Below, piece by piece: positions 9,901 through 18,134 of a DNA stretch of 34,832 nucleotides (position 1 is its first letter; every line of letters starts with the position of its first letter). The position numbers and the translations under genes were made by a program. The notes under the pieces were generated by a model. That model had not been told where the DNA came from and searched no databases. It was given only the letters and a program-made list of their open reading frames with translations. This stretch comes from Bacteroidales bacterium. Lineage in GTDB: Bacteria; Bacteroidota; Bacteroidia; Bacteroidales; UBA4417. The DNA lies in NCBI GenBank assembly GCA_025350385.1, contig JANXXZ010000305.1:1-34832 (forward strand), given 5' to 3'.

Positions 9901-10213
9901 GGTTGAAGCAGATAAAAATCTGAAAATTAATTCAAAAGAATTCTTGGAGATAGTTTCCGAGATTTTTGTAAACTGGTTACCTCAATTGTCATCTGTGGGA
10001 TTCCAGGCAGTATGGGCCGGCTTTTATGTTGAACCACGCATGATCGTTGATCCTGAGCTGGGTCTTTTTGTCGGAATGCGGGGACAGGGATTTATGCTTG
10101 GTCAATACCTTGCAAAGTTATATGTGGACAAACTGTTAAACCGCCTGGTCCCGTCCTATTTTGATCAATTGAAAATTGGAGGGGATGGGTTACTTGAAAA
10201 ATCTTTCAGGTAG
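6977..10213 (+). CDS. Fused multi-domain FAD/Fe-S oxidoreductase (2Fe-2S + pyridine nucleotide-disulfide oxidoreductase + 2x[4Fe-4S] + BFD-like [2Fe-2S] + DAO-type FAD oxidoreductase)
   Basis: 1078-aa ORF. Motifs in order: CGIGKCGACEMLVDG (2Fe-2S of the sarcosine-oxidase-alpha/HcnA type); AIIGAGPAGLA and TVGAGNIGYLTSYQL (two Rossmann dinucleotide sites); CNPCEFACP and CIGCMDCVYQCP (ferredoxin); CHCDDVTLGEV...GMGACRGKRC (BFD-like); VVAGGGIGGSAVFRYL (DAO-type FAD site of the HcnC/OoxB/SoxB type). Confidence 0.85.
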   Translation: MHKIEQHPILEVPTPDKATFLFEGETIFGERGFTIAAALHQAGHPVHSHSLHNRERSLECGIGKCGACEMLVDGQVRRICITTVDNVRKVQEIPHNYTPSVKQIKKDTAIKVHKTTVAIIGAGPAGLACREELNRQGIDNIVIDNNDKIGGQFLMQTHQFFFFEKEKKFGGMRGFDIAKTLAGDNHEGIFPNSTVWDILEGRRIAVKNIKTEEIYYVDADHLVVATGAVPFMPTFENDDLPGVYTAAVVQKMMNNEFTLLGKSVLTVGAGNIGYLTSYQLVQAGAKVKAIIEAQPFEGGFPVQANRIRRLGIPVLTSQILLKAIPNDDHSGIVGAVIADCINFEPVPGTERIIDGIDAINICTGLVSDDQLLIKGNEIFGRQCYGAGDAIRIGEGTSAVVRGKQVAFEILQEMAESFNYDEYLSVSKEYIDSQQHPYKVIEEPYKPSLERMNEKPFVLIDCLYGFACNPCEFACPHGAITKTSTSTVPDIDFGKCIGCMDCVYQCPGLAIFGYSLKKDWLFLPIEYTAQEKAEVFLVDNNGKKLGNGIIEKILKKANKTDIARVKSLDVHGEELANVRGFIVKENYPIPVTSKPTSYQREQEMYVCHCDDVTLGEVLSTIGDRKFISVDEIKHTTRLGMGACRGKRCIRRLKQVMRNKGISIVGDATPRGPLSNQLAMGELYPSTVREKVIIHHNGTPTRKIEVQAVVAGGGIGGSAVFRYLSEAGMNPVLINYGRGASWRNIAGGRPAFSLPEIADIARHNHEIFKELQTLRDINLLKTRYVTFAHDDATYKALDEARSYSDAYLIDPSKYAREISPGINPDLGKTYQAAQITRDCWQATPGRVIDLIRRIGIEKGGKVYEDCQLVDVRRENGNYIALVKDHERNYIEFHTRHFVNALGPESEKFSRQLGIETGLFPVRHQAFITRRLPNLGMNGQPLDMLIDRRKYKGFSAVYGQQLGETGQVIGCASPLVEQVEADKNLKINSKEFLEIVSEIFVNWLPQLSSVGFQAVWAGFYVEPRMIVDPELGLFVGMRGQGFMLGQYLAKLYVDKLLNRLVPSYFDQLKIGGDGLLEKSFR

Positions 10214-10249
10214 CAATTCTGCCGACCTGACGGGGGACAATAGTTTCTT

Positions 10250-10283
10250 TAAAAAACAAAGGGCAGTTTTTTTGGCTGCCCTT
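10250..10283 (-). terminator. Rho-independent terminator downstream of the tyrosine-kinase gene (possibly bidirectional)
   Basis: 8-bp GC-rich stem AAGGGCAG (10259-10266) / CTGCCCTT (10276-10283). On the minus strand it is followed by TGTTTTTTAAAG. It lies 22 nt past the stop at 10305, between convergent genes. Confidence 0.6.
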
Positions 10284-10304
10284 CACAATGAGATTTAATG
10301 ACGA

Positions 10305-12794
10305 CTATGATTTGTTGAAAAGTTTGCTGAAGAAACTAGGTTCCTTAGTTCCCTCTTCTTCGGTATAGTATCCGTGTGAGGCTCCATATCCATATCCGTA
10401 TCCATATCCGTAACCATACCCATACCCGTATCCGTATCCGCCATACGATGATTTTTCGAGGTTTACATCGTTTACCAAAACTACCGCGTTTTTGATATCC
10501 CGGTTCTCAACGTCCGAAATAATGGCATTGAACATCTTTTTGTGCGTATAATTCTGACGCACTATCATCATGGTAACATCGGCATGTTTCATTAACAGGT
10601 ATGCATCCGTGACCAGTCCGATAGGGGGTGTATCAAGGATAATATAATCATACATCTCTTTCAGCCTGTCCATAAGTTCATCGTTCCGGCTGGTGGCGAT
10701 GAGTTCAGTAGGATTGGGAGGAATAGGCCCGGCAGTGATAATATCAAGGTTATCAAAAGGTGTTTTCTGGATGATATCTTCAATTTTTGATTTACCAATG
10801 AGGAACGAAGTTATCCCGACATCATTGTTTAACCCTAAATCCTGGTAAAGTTTTGGTTTACGTAAGTCATAACCCATTAAAAGAGTCTTACGATCGAACT
10901 GAGCATAGATAGAGGCCAGGTTCATTGCGGTAAAAGATTTTCCTTCACCCACCGTTGAAGAACTCACCAGGATCGTAACCTTATTGTCGCCCTGCAAAAT
11001 AAAATGCAGGTTTGTCCTGACTGCCCTCACCGATTCGGTAAGAGAGGATTTGGGATAGATAGCTGCAACCAGGTTGGTACTGTGACTATTATGCAGTATA
11101 TGCCCGACAATCGGAAGCCGCGTATGATTCTCCACATCCTTTTTCTCAACTATAGTATCGTTCAGGTAATCCTTTCCTAAAATAAACAGAATCGGAATAA
11201 TGAGTCCCAGCAATAAGGCAATGGTGAAATTCAATGCTGTTTTGGGATATACCTTTTCTTTTAAATTGGGCTCGGAAACATCGAGTACTTCGTTATCCGG
11301 GGTGTTGCTGGCAAGGGTAATCTGGGCTTCTGAACGTTTTTCGAGGAGGAAGGTATAAATCTGGTTATTCAGGTTAACCATTCGCTTTATGCCAAGCAAC
11401 TGTCGTTGCGTTGCTGGTAAACTTTTAAATTTCCCTGTGAGTTGATTTATTTTATTATCAAGATCTTTCAGGGCAATATCGGATGTATTCACCGTGAAAG
11501 AGATATTCTCCAGAAGGGACTTTTGGGCAGATTTGATTTTATTGTTCAAAGCAATTATTACCGGGCTTGTTTCACGCAGGTTTACAATGCGTTGCGATCT
11601 GTCAGCATAAAGCTGGGTAAGTTCATTTATGAGACTACCCAATACCGGGTCTTCAATCCCAAGGGAGGACGGAACCGGCATTTTATTAATGTCGTTATTG
11701 TTTTTACGCAGGTATTCCTGGAGGTATTTGTAATATTTAGATTTAACCATCATTTCAGCTTTGTGGGATTGAAGCTGATTGATATATACATATGCCTGCT
11801 GCGATTGCGCGTCCAGGTCCATGATTTCGTTGCTTGACTGGAAATTCTGAAGTTGTGATTCATTTGAGCGTAAGGTATCTCCTATGTCGTTAAGCTGGCT
11901 GTCAATAAACCGCAATGTATTAATAGCAATACGGTTCTTCTTTTCCAGGCCGAGCTGAATATATTCCGACGTCAGCTTGTTTAGAAAATCGGCCGATTTG
12001 GTGTTCGAATTTCCTTTAAGTGAAATCTCAACAATCATAGCTTCCTTGTTGATGGGTTCGATTTCATAACCCGAGAATTCACTGATCAGCGAATTCAATG
12101 AATTGAAATTAAACTGGTAGGTACTGCCAATATCACTAGCCGGACGAAACTTTGGATTGAGTACAATTCGGAATGAAAATGCCGAATCAACTATTTCAGC
12201 GCCAAAACGGAATGTCTTCTTTACCGAAATGGTTTTAATAACATCTTTTCCTTCAGGGTCCTTGAAGGTTTGGAAATCGTAAAGCATTACCTCCTGGCCA
12301 TCAGCGATCAACTGGAAATCATTTTTTGAAAGAATTGTGACGTTGAATTTCAGGTTGCTTACGGGTTGCTTATGGCTTGAATCATAAATTACAGTTATGG
12401 GACAATTCTTATAAACTTCGTTGATTACAAAATTGTCCTCTTGATAGTAGGAAACATAAAAATCGAGTTTCTGAATAGCCCGGGAAATTAGGAAGCGTGA
12501 TTTCAGGATACCGATTTCGGTTTGAAGATCCTGGGTATTCATGTTTGAACCAATTCCCAGCAATTTCTGTGGGTCAATCATGTTACGCTGCTCACCCTTG
12601 ATAAGTACTGTAGTTTTTACTTTAAAAACCTCTTTGGTAAACTTATTGAACATATAAGCCAGCGCAAGCGAAACCATGATCGCGATTACGAAGAGGTACC
12701 AGTTTGACAGGATTTTATAGAACAGCGCTTTGTAATCAATGGTTTGATCCTGAGGATTCAATTCACTATTGAAAATCGGAGTAGTATTATTCAT
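10305..12794 (-). CDS. Polysaccharide co-polymerase / tyrosine autokinase (Wzc/GumC-like)
   Basis: 829-aa ORF. The N-terminal Wzz-like region has two TM helices (WYLFVIAIMVSLALAYMF; ALNFTIALLLGLIIPILFILG) flanking a long coiled periplasmic segment. The C-terminal P-loop kinase has Walker A SSTVGEGKS, A' IILDTPP and B VVLVND. The Tyr-rich tail reads YGG(YG)9ASHGYY. Confidence 0.9.
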   Translation of the reverse strand: MNNTTPIFNSELNPQDQTIDYKALFYKILSNWYLFVIAIMVSLALAYMFNKFTKEVFKVKTTVLIKGEQRNMIDPQKLLGIGSNMNTQDLQTEIGILKSRFLISRAIQKLDFYVSYYQEDNFVINEVYKNCPITVIYDSSHKQPVSNLKFNVTILSKNDFQLIADGQEVMLYDFQTFKDPEGKDVIKTISVKKTFRFGAEIVDSAFSFRIVLNPKFRPASDIGSTYQFNFNSLNSLISEFSGYEIEPINKEAMIVEISLKGNSNTKSADFLNKLTSEYIQLGLEKKNRIAINTLRFIDSQLNDIGDTLRSNESQLQNFQSSNEIMDLDAQSQQAYVYINQLQSHKAEMMVKSKYYKYLQEYLRKNNNDINKMPVPSSLGIEDPVLGSLINELTQLYADRSQRIVNLRETSPVIIALNNKIKSAQKSLLENISFTVNTSDIALKDLDNKINQLTGKFKSLPATQRQLLGIKRMVNLNNQIYTFLLEKRSEAQITLASNTPDNEVLDVSEPNLKEKVYPKTALNFTIALLLGLIIPILFILGKDYLNDTIVEKKDVENHTRLPIVGHILHNSHSTNLVAAIYPKSSLTESVRAVRTNLHFILQGDNKVTILVSSSTVGEGKSFTAMNLASIYAQFDRKTLLMGYDLRKPKLYQDLGLNNDVGITSFLIGKSKIEDIIQKTPFDNLDIITAGPIPPNPTELIATSRNDELMDRLKEMYDYIILDTPPIGLVTDAYLLMKHADVTMMIVRQNYTHKKMFNAIISDVENRDIKNAVVLVNDVNLEKSSYGGYGYGYGYGYGYGYGYGYGASHGYYTEEEGTKEPSFFSKLFNKS

Positions 12795-12821
12795 TCTGGT
12801 TTGGATGTATTTCGCGTAAGG

Positions 12822-13607
12822 TTAAATTTTAAAGAAAGTAAGCAATGCCATGATAGTAGACAGGCTTGATAGAATTAAAGCATAAGGAAATGCTTCAAAT
12901 GCATATTGTTTGCTTTTAAGTGGTTCGACGTATAAAACGTCGCCCGGCCGCATATAATAATAATCAGAAGTTAAAATATCTTTTTTTGTCAGGTCAAGGG
13001 TAACTATATTCGTTTTACCGCCATCTCTCCTTAAAAGCCGGACTGTATTCCGGTTCGAATAGGTTGTAAGATCGCCGGCCATTGATATAGCCTGGAAAAT
13101 CGTAACCCTGTCCTGATTAACTGTATAATCGCCCGGGTTTTTTACTTCACCTAGTACGGTAAGTTTGAAATTCACCAGTTTCACAATAACTCCGGGAGCA
13201 TTCACATCTTTCGACATCAAATCCAGCAATTCCTTTTCAACGTCAGTGATATAAAGACCTCCGGCTTTAATTTTCCCTAAAAGCGGTAGATTGATATATC
13301 CGGAATCATTTATGGGGTAACTGTATAGATATATGGTTTGTTCATATACTGCGCCATTGGCTGATCCTCCACTCATGTCGGAAAATATTTTATTTGCATC
13401 CTGGTCCATGGTAAATAGCCTGATATACAAATAATCCCCGGGTTGTAATCGGTATTTCAATGGCTGGTTGTCAAATACAGTTTTTGGCGCGGCACCCTCG
13501 GGCTCCTGTAAGTATTTTATTTTACGCTGCGGAACACAGGAAAAAAGAATCAAACCCGACAGGATCATGAAAATAATTGATTTGAACCAAGTAAAAATAG
13601 TATTCAT
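12822..13607 (-). CDS. Polysaccharide export outer-membrane lipoprotein (Wza-like; Poly_export + SLBB)
   Basis: 261-aa ORF with a lipoprotein-type signal (ILSGLILFSC). It has a Poly_export-like YRLQPGDYLYIRLF and an SLBB-like KLTVLGEVKNPGDYTV. It sits 27 nt upstream of the Wzc-like gene on the same strand. Confidence 0.85.
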   Translation of the reverse strand: MNTIFTWFKSIIFMILSGLILFSCVPQRKIKYLQEPEGAAPKTVFDNQPLKYRLQPGDYLYIRLFTMDQDANKIFSDMSGGSANGAVYEQTIYLYSYPINDSGYINLPLLGKIKAGGLYITDVEKELLDLMSKDVNAPGVIVKLVNFKLTVLGEVKNPGDYTVNQDRVTIFQAISMAGDLTTYSNRNTVRLLRRDGGKTNIVTLDLTKKDILTSDYYYMRPGDVLYVEPLKSKQYAFEAFPYALILSSLSTIMALLTFFKI

Positions 13608-13778
13608 GTATACTTGCTTTAATGTTTAAAATAAGATATTTCCGGCATAAAAATACGAAATTGACTTCAATTATCTGTCTTTTTTTTAGATTCCGAAAAA
13701 TCATGCCGATATATATGGAAATGAAATAACCAGGATTTTAGTAAACAACAACTTAATTGGACAGTAAGAAGAAACATG

Positions 13779-13811
13779 ATGTAATCCTCCTGATAACTGT
13801 TGGGATTACAT
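13779..13811 (-). terminator. Possible terminator hairpin downstream of miaB
   Basis: Perfect 9-bp stem ATGTAATCC (13779-13787) / GGATTACAT (13803-13811) with a 15-nt loop. On the minus strand it is followed by CATGTTTCTTCTTA, which is only moderately U-rich. Confidence 0.3.
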
Positions 13812-13874
13812 TTAAAAATCAACGTATTAACATGTTAAAAAGAAGTGCAATCCGGATGATTCTATTCAAAATTG

Positions 13875-15212
13875 TCATGTATCTTGTACCTCTGCTCCTC
13901 TTAATGTGGCTGCGGTGCAACTCTCAATTCTTACTTTGACATAATCACCTGGATTATGATGAGCCCGCAGGAAAACAACCACCTTGTTCTGACTATTGCG
14001 CCCATAGAGTTTTTCAGAGGATCGTTTCGAAACTCCTTCAACCAGTACTTCAAATACTTTCCCGACATCTTTTTTATTGCTTATCAGGGATAACTCCTGC
14101 TGCATAGCAATAATATCATCCAGCCTCCGGCTTTTGTCTGTCTCCGGCACATCATCCTTATACTTCTTAGCGGCAATTGTATTAGGCCGTTCGGAATACT
14201 TGAACATAAATGCATAATCGTATTCGGCCCAACGCATAAGCGAAAGAGTATCCTTGTGGTCCTCTTCAGTTTCACCACTAAATCCGGTAATAATATCAGT
14301 TGAAATGGCACAATCAGGCAAATGTTTCCGGATGGATTCAACCCGTTCCGTGTACCATTCCCGGGTATAGTTTCGGTTCATGAGTTTAAGCATTCTTGAA
14401 CTGCCCGACTGCACGGGGAGATGGATAGATTTGCAGATATTGTCATGGGCAGCTATTACCTTCAGCAGATCATCCGATAGATCCTTGGGATGGGATGTTG
14501 CAAAACGAACACGTAGTTTCGGATCAACCCGGGTCACCTCTTCAAGCAGCATCGGGAACTTAGTAATGATTTCATTTTCCTCCCAACGGTATGAATTCAC
14601 ATTTTGCCCCAGCAGGGTTACTTCGCGGAAGCCTTGCTGAAACAATCCTTTTGCTTCATCTACTATGCTTTTTGGGTTGCGGCTGCGCTCCTTCCCCCTG
14701 GTATAGGGAACTACGCAATATGCGCAGAAATTCTCGCAGCCACGCATAATACTTATAAAAGCAGTAATCCCGTTGCCACTTAACCGGACGGGATTGATAT
14801 CGGCATAGGTTTCATCAGCCGACAAAAGGGTATTTATAGCTTTCTGACCTGAACCAACCTGCTCAAGCAGTTGGGGCAGCGACCGGTAAGCGTCAGGTCC
14901 AGCGATCAGATCAATATGTTTTTCTTCTTCGAGTAATTTCTCTTTCAGCCGCTCGGCCATACATCCCAGGATACCGATGACTAGCGATGGTTTTCGTCGT
15001 TTCAGGGCATGAAGTTCATTCAGCCTCTTACGCACCCGCTGTTCGGCATTATCGCGTATGGAACAGGTATTCATAAAAATAAGATCGGCCATTTTCATAT
15101 CCGCAGTGGGTTCATAATCATGATTATACAGAATGGATTCAATGATTTCACTATCCGATATATTCATCTGGCAGCCATAGGTCTCAATATATACTTTCTT
15201 CTTTTCTTCCAC
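13875..15212 (-). CDS. miaB: tRNA (N6-isopentenyl-adenosine37-C2)-methylthiotransferase
   Basis: 445-aa ORF with an N-terminal UPF0004 cluster region (VYIETYGCQMN), a radical-SAM motif (CENFCAYCVVPYTRG) and a C-terminal TRAM-like region. Confidence 0.92.
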   Translation of the reverse strand: MEEKKKVYIETYGCQMNISDSEIIESILYNHDYEPTADMKMADLIFMNTCSIRDNAEQRVRKRLNELHALKRRKPSLVIGILGCMAERLKEKLLEEEKHIDLIAGPDAYRSLPQLLEQVGSGQKAINTLLSADETYADINPVRLSGNGITAFISIMRGCENFCAYCVVPYTRGKERSRNPKSIVDEAKGLFQQGFREVTLLGQNVNSYRWEENEIITKFPMLLEEVTRVDPKLRVRFATSHPKDLSDDLLKVIAAHDNICKSIHLPVQSGSSRMLKLMNRNYTREWYTERVESIRKHLPDCAISTDIITGFSGETEEDHKDTLSLMRWAEYDYAFMFKYSERPNTIAAKKYKDDVPETDKSRRLDDIIAMQQELSLISNKKDVGKVFEVLVEGVSKRSSEKLYGRNSQNKVVVFLRAHHNPGDYVKVRIESCTAATLRGAEVQDT

Positions 15213-15259
15213 GGGTTGATTCCTGAATTTTGGTAGTAAATGTGTAAAAAAACAGGCTG

Positions 15260-15267
15260 CAAAGTTA
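15260..15267 (-). promoter_or_regulatory. Candidate -7 box (TAACTTTG) for miaB
   Basis: Exact TAnnTTTG match on the minus strand, 48 nt upstream of the ATG at 15212. Confidence 0.3.
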
Positions 15268-15461
15268 CGATTTATTCATTTTCAAATACTTATTGCAATG
15301 AATTGTTATTCAGCTATATAAATAATTTATGTGAAATGATTCTAAGTATATCGGGAGCCGGTTATTGATACTGCAACACAATAGTTGTGAACTCCTCTGT
15401 ATAAGTAGTTGTAAATTAATTGCGTTACTTTGCAGAATAATTCCGGGTAAAAAGTGAGGAT

Positions 15462-17789
15462 ATGAGTAAAAATCTTGTAATTGTCGAGTCTCCTGCCAAG
15501 GCAAAAACCATCGAAGGTTATCTAGGTAAGGAATATACGGTAAAATCGAGTTTCGGGCATGTACGCGATCTGGCTACCAAAGACCTGAGTATTGATGTAG
15601 AACATGATTTTAAACCACTATACGAAATCATGCCGGATAAACTGAAGATGATTAAGGATCTCAAAAAACTGGCCGACAGCTCTGAGATTATTTGGCTGGC
15701 TACTGACGAGGACCGCGAAGGAGAAGCTATTTCATGGCACCTGTCGGAAGTGCTCGGCTTAAAACCAGCTAATACCAGGCGAATCGTATTTCACGAAATT
15801 ACCAAAACGGCAATTACCGAAGCTATTCTGCATCCGCGCAGTATTGACCAGAACCTTGTTGATGCCCAGCAGGCAAGGCGTGTGCTCGACAGGTTGGTAG
15901 GATTTGAATTGTCGCCTATTCTCTGGAAAAAAGTTAAACCTTCCCTTTCGGCCGGTCGGGTGCAATCGGTTGCCGTAAGACTTATTGTAGAGCGCGAAGA
16001 AGATATCCGGGCATTCAATTCAACTTTTGCCTTCAAGGTAACGGGAATTTTTGACGTAGAAAATGAATTTGGCAAGGCAACCATCAAAGCCGATTTGCCT
16101 AAACGGTATGCAACAAGTGCCGAAGCAAAGGCTTTCCTGGAAATTTGCAGTAACGCAACGTTCACAGTTGCCGATATTGAGACCAAACCAGCAAAACGAT
16201 CTCCGGCGCCTCCTTTCACCACCTCAACCCTTCCGCAGGAAGCCAGCCGCAAGCTTAGTTTCTCTGTTTCAAGGACGATGACGGTGGCACAGCAATTATA
16301 TGAAGCCGGGAAGATCACCTATATGCGTACCGACTCTGTTCACCTTTCGCTGACAGCGCTGGGTATGGCCAAAGAAGAGATTGTACGCTCCTATGGCCAG
16401 GAATATCATAAATCCCGTCAGTTTACAACCAAAAGCAAAGGTGCCCAGGAAGCTCATGAAGCTATCCGCCCGACCTATCTCAACCAGAGCGCTGTCGATG
16501 GCGACGCTTCCCAGCGAAGGCTATATGAACTTATTTGGAAACGAACTATTGCTTCCCAAATGGCTGATGCTGCTCTCGAAAAAACCAATATTTATATTAA
16601 TATTTCCACAAGCAAGGAACAGTTCGTGGCAATGGGAGAAGTGATTAAATTCGAAGGATTCCTCAAAGTATATTTGGAATCGACGGATGATGAATCGGAA
16701 AAAGAAGAAGGATTGCTGCCGCAACTTAAAAAAGGTGAACTGCTGGGTATGAATGAAATTACGGCTGTTCAGAAATTTGCACAGCCACCTGCACGATACA
16801 ACGAAGCCAGCCTGGTGAAAAAGATGGAAGAACTCGGGATCGGGCGGCCATCCACCTATGCACCTACCATTTCGACCATCCAGAAACGCGAGTATGTGGT
16901 GAAGGAAGACCGCGAGGGCGCTTCACGCGAATTTGAACAACTCACGTTAAGGGCTGGCAAGGTCAAATCAGCAATCAGGATTGAAAAGTTCGGCTTTGAA
17001 AAAAACAAACTTTTTCCTACTGATATTGGCGAATTGGTAACACGCTTCCTGATGCAGTCGTTTATTGATATCATGGATTATAATTTCACTGCCAACGTTG
17101 AAAAGGAGTTTGACGAAATTGCCGAAGGCCTGCAGGAATGGAATCATATTATCCGTGACTTTTACGGCCCTTTCCATAGAAAAGTGACTGAAGCCCTGGA
17201 AAGCAAGGAACGGGCAAAAGGAGAGAAACTTCTTGGTCCTGATCCCAAGAGCGGTAAAAATGTATATGTGAAGATCGGCCGTTACGGCTCCATGGCTCAG
17301 ATTGGTGAAACCGAATCGGAGGAAAAACCACGTTTTGCAGGATTGCGCAAAGGACAATCAATTGAGAGCATTTCGCTGGAGGAAGCGCTGAAACTTTTCG
17401 ACTTTCCGCGACCAATCGGTGAATTTGAAGGCGGGGAAATGATTGTGGGAATTGGCCGATTCGGTCCTTATGTGCTGCATAATAAGAAGTTTTATTCATT
17501 AAAAAAGACAGATGACCCGGTCACCCTCACAGCGGATGAAGCCATCGATCTGATTGTAGAAAAAAGAGTGGTTGAAGCCAACCGCACCATCAGCGAGTTT
17601 GTTGAAAGACCTGACGTTAAGGTGCTGAATGGCCGTTTCGGACCCTATATTTCAATCGGCAAGGAAAACTATAAGATCCCGAAAGGGTCTGCTCCGGCTT
17701 CTCTTAGCCTTAATGAATGCCTTGAGATTGCCAAAAGCGCTCCGCCTTCCGCAAAGAAAAAGGGATTTGTTAAGAGGGGAAAGAAATAG
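15462..17789 (+). CDS. topA: DNA topoisomerase I
   Basis: 775-aa ORF with a TOPRIM N-terminus (LVIVESPAKAKTIEGYLG, WLATDEDREGEAISWH) and an active-site Tyr region (KITYMRTDS). The C-terminus carries repeats with GRFGPY motifs (IGRFGPYVLHNKKFY, NGRFGPYISIGKENY). Confidence 0.95.
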   Translation: MSKNLVIVESPAKAKTIEGYLGKEYTVKSSFGHVRDLATKDLSIDVEHDFKPLYEIMPDKLKMIKDLKKLADSSEIIWLATDEDREGEAISWHLSEVLGLKPANTRRIVFHEITKTAITEAILHPRSIDQNLVDAQQARRVLDRLVGFELSPILWKKVKPSLSAGRVQSVAVRLIVEREEDIRAFNSTFAFKVTGIFDVENEFGKATIKADLPKRYATSAEAKAFLEICSNATFTVADIETKPAKRSPAPPFTTSTLPQEASRKLSFSVSRTMTVAQQLYEAGKITYMRTDSVHLSLTALGMAKEEIVRSYGQEYHKSRQFTTKSKGAQEAHEAIRPTYLNQSAVDGDASQRRLYELIWKRTIASQMADAALEKTNIYINISTSKEQFVAMGEVIKFEGFLKVYLESTDDESEKEEGLLPQLKKGELLGMNEITAVQKFAQPPARYNEASLVKKMEELGIGRPSTYAPTISTIQKREYVVKEDREGASREFEQLTLRAGKVKSAIRIEKFGFEKNKLFPTDIGELVTRFLMQSFIDIMDYNFTANVEKEFDEIAEGLQEWNHIIRDFYGPFHRKVTEALESKERAKGEKLLGPDPKSGKNVYVKIGRYGSMAQIGETESEEKPRFAGLRKGQSIESISLEEALKLFDFPRPIGEFEGGEMIVGIGRFGPYVLHNKKFYSLKKTDDPVTLTADEAIDLIVEKRVVEANRTISEFVERPDVKVLNGRFGPYISIGKENYKIPKGSAPASLSLNECLEIAKSAPPSAKKKGFVKRGKK

Positions 17790-17796
17790 AAGTTCA

Positions 17797-18014
17797 TAGT
17801 GCTGAGTGCCGAGTGCCCGGTGAACAGTACCATGAGTCAAGTAGCCGGTATTCAACTTCGGACATAAGTCATACTATTCCTGGTCTTATTTTTAAAACGC
17901 CGAACTCCATCTGAAATAATGGATGAACAGACCCGTGCCCGGATAAATAGCATGAGTCACCAGGCACTAAGCACTGTGCACCAAGCACTCCAATCTCAGC
18001 ACTCAGCACAGAGC
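17797..18014. repeat. Inverted GCACTCAGCAC / GCACTAAG tandem arrays bracketing ~180 nt downstream of topA
   Basis: GTGCTGAGTGC (17799-17809) is the exact reverse complement of GCACTCAGCAC at 17989-17999 and 18003-18013. A tandem array GGCACTAAGCACTGTGCACCAAGCACT...CAGCACTCAGCACAGAGCACTCAGCAC spans 17953-18014. CATGAGTCA also occurs twice, at about 17830 and 17941. Confidence 0.65.
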
Positions 18015-18134
18015 ACTCAGCACAATCCAAAGGACCCCAATTTTTCTCATCCGCCACAGGAATTTCGTGCCAAAAATCTTTGTTTCTTTGCTTAAATACT
18101 TTCCGCTTATTGAAGCTGAAGCAAATTACATGTT

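Noticed and set aside
10383-10445. The (YG)9 tract as a slippage-prone phase-variation microsatellite
   Set aside because: The DNA is not a perfect hexamer repeat, because the Tyr and Gly codons vary. Any indel in multiples of 6 nt would stay in frame, so on/off switching by slippage is unlikely.
13757-13939. 60-aa plus-strand ORF at the miaB 3' end
   Set aside because: It overlaps the miaB stop region antisense and spans the candidate terminator hairpin. It has no motif support.
17869-18057. 62-aa ORF (…CAECSVLSAEIGVLGAQCLVPG…) downstream of topA
   Set aside because: Its reading frame is produced by the GCACTCAGCAC/GCACTAAG tandem array, and the peptide is a low-complexity echo of the repeat. 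It is more likely non-coding.
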